Below are positions 62,732-64,000 of a DNA stretch of 64,000 bases, piece after piece. The number at the start of each line of letters is the position of its first letter. The stretch's first letter is position 1. The notes below the pieces were generated by a model that saw only the letters and a list, made by a program, of their open reading frames with translations, had not been told where the DNA came from and searched no databases. A program made the translations under genes and the position numbers. The stretch is from Malacoraja senta (lineage: Eukaryota), in the NCBI GenBank assembly GCA_038087875.1, contig CM075995.1, positions 9,302,001-9,366,000 of the forward strand. Reading direction: 5' to 3'.

Positions 62732-62766
62732 AGTCTGAAGAAGGGTTTCGGCCCGAAACGTTGCCT
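62732..62766 (+). ncRNA. Minimal hammerhead motif (family 2) in a PLE piece nested in CR1
   Basis: CUGAAGA 62735-62741, GGGU-UUCG-GCCC 62743-62754, GAAACGUU 62755-62762. Confidence 0.6.
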
Positions 62767-63204
62767 ATTTCCTTCGCTCCATAGATGCTGCTGCACCCGC
62801 TGAGTTTCTCCAGCATTTTTGTGTACCTTCGATTTTCCAGCATCTGTAGTTCGTTCTTAAGCACTCCTATTAAATCTTTCCCCCTTCACCTTAAACCTAT
62901 GTCCTCTGGTTCTCTATTCCCCTACTCTGGGCAAGGGACTCTGTGCGTCTACAAAATCTTTCCCTCTCATGGTTTTGTCCACAACGTTGTACACCTCTTG
63001 TCCGTTCTCTCTGCCAAGCCAGTGGAGGGCGACGGAGGCCTTGCAACAGCCTGGGGCTTACCTGGATCAAGAGCTGCTCCAGTACATCGAGTGCATGGAC
63101 CGTGTGACTTTGGACCTTTTGTAAATGGCGGCTCAGGCATGTGTGATATATATGCCAAAAGAAGTTCACTTTGGAGTGCACACGTGACAATAAAGAACCA
63201 AGTC

Positions 63205-63810
63205 AAGTCAAGTTTATTCGTCACATACACATATGAGATGTGCAGTGAAATGAAAAGTGGCAATGCTCGCGGATTGTGCAAAAAACAAACAAACAAACTA
63301 CAAACAGAATGGAACAGAATCACATATTCACATGTTACATATTTGTGGGAGGAAGGGAAGAAAAAGGGAAAAACAGCAATTTAAAAAAGACACCACACAA
63401 CAGTAGAGTGGTACAGTAAAGTTAGTCCCTGGTGAGGTAGGAGTTTATAGTCCTAATGGCCTCTGGGAAGAAACTCCTTCTCATCCTCTCTGTTTTCACA
63501 GCATGGCAACGGAGGCGTTTACCTGACCGTAGCAGCTGGAACAGTCCGTTGCTGGGGTGGAAGGGGTCTCCCATGATCTTGTTGGCTCTGGAGTTCCACC
63601 TCCTGATGTATAGTTCCTGCAGGGGGGCGAGTGTAGTTCCCATAGTGCGTTCGGCCGAACGCACTACTCTCAGCAGAGCCTTCTTGTCCTGGGCAGAGCA
63701 GTTCCCAAACCAAATCGTGATGTTTCCAGACAAGATGCTTTCCACAGCCGCTGAGTAGAAGCACTGAAGGATCCTCAGCGACACTCTGAATTTCCTCAAT
63801 TGCCTGTTAA
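63205..63810 (-). mobile_element. Rex1/Babar 3' fragment
   Basis: ORF 63422..63859: LRKFRVSLRILQCFYSAAVESILSGNITIWFGNCSAQDKKALLRVVRSAER...SFFPEAIRTIN. Confidence 0.9.
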
Positions 63811-63977
63811 ACCATTGAAGCGTTGAGATGCTGCTTGACCACCCGAGTCTCTCCAGCATTTTGTGTTTTGCTGAACGTAATCAACACACTGACATTTCTC
63901 TGATCGTAATTCCCAGTAAATCAACTCTTAAAAGTCTTTTACAATTTGCTATGAGAGCATGTACAGCAACACCAACG

Positions 63978-64000
63978 CAGGGGTCGGCAACCTACCGCCC
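63978..64000 (+). mobile_element. Probable hAT (Charlie-like) MITE left end, cut by the window edge
   Basis: CAGGGGTCGGCAACCTACCGCCC resembles hAT TIR starts; the other end is not visible. Confidence 0.45.

Noticed and set aside
63422..63859. Host gene with a DUF1891/ALKBH8_N-like domain
   Set aside because: This is the Rex1/Babar ORF2 C-terminus followed by its 3' UTR; several decayed paralogues occur in the window.

Overview
Repeat-saturated, eukaryotic non-coding DNA. The repeat inventory (HE1-like V-SINEs, several CR1 subfamilies, Rex1/Babar, Penelope-like, L1/Tx1, L2) suggests a cartilaginous fish, probably a skate or ray; this is inferred from repeat content only. I found no host protein-coding exon I can support. 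The interpretable ORFs are retroelement fragments; the rest are tandem-repeat or chance frames. The most interesting structure is a Penelope-like element (PLE) system with three parts. (1) GIY-YIG-ending PLE fragments carry a minimal hammerhead-ribozyme motif (CUGAAGA-a-stemII-GAAACGUH) in their 3' UTR. (2) Many ~100-250 bp hairpin-shaped mini-PLEs occur, several with 10-15 bp target-site duplications (TSDs) and some with a ~35-nt unpaired tail. (3) Three separate, near-identical tandem arrays of a 66-bp unit start at the hammerhead GAAACGUC half-site inside older host copies. Also notable: an L1 insertion flanked by a 214-bp duplication, a perfect 34-bp-arm hairpin in unique DNA, GC-rich non-coding elements with Rex1-like tails, and a Harbinger-like MITE carrying a PLE hairpin. 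Element boundaries were read by eye (about +/-10-20 bp unless a TSD is given). Family names come from recalled motifs, not database searches.
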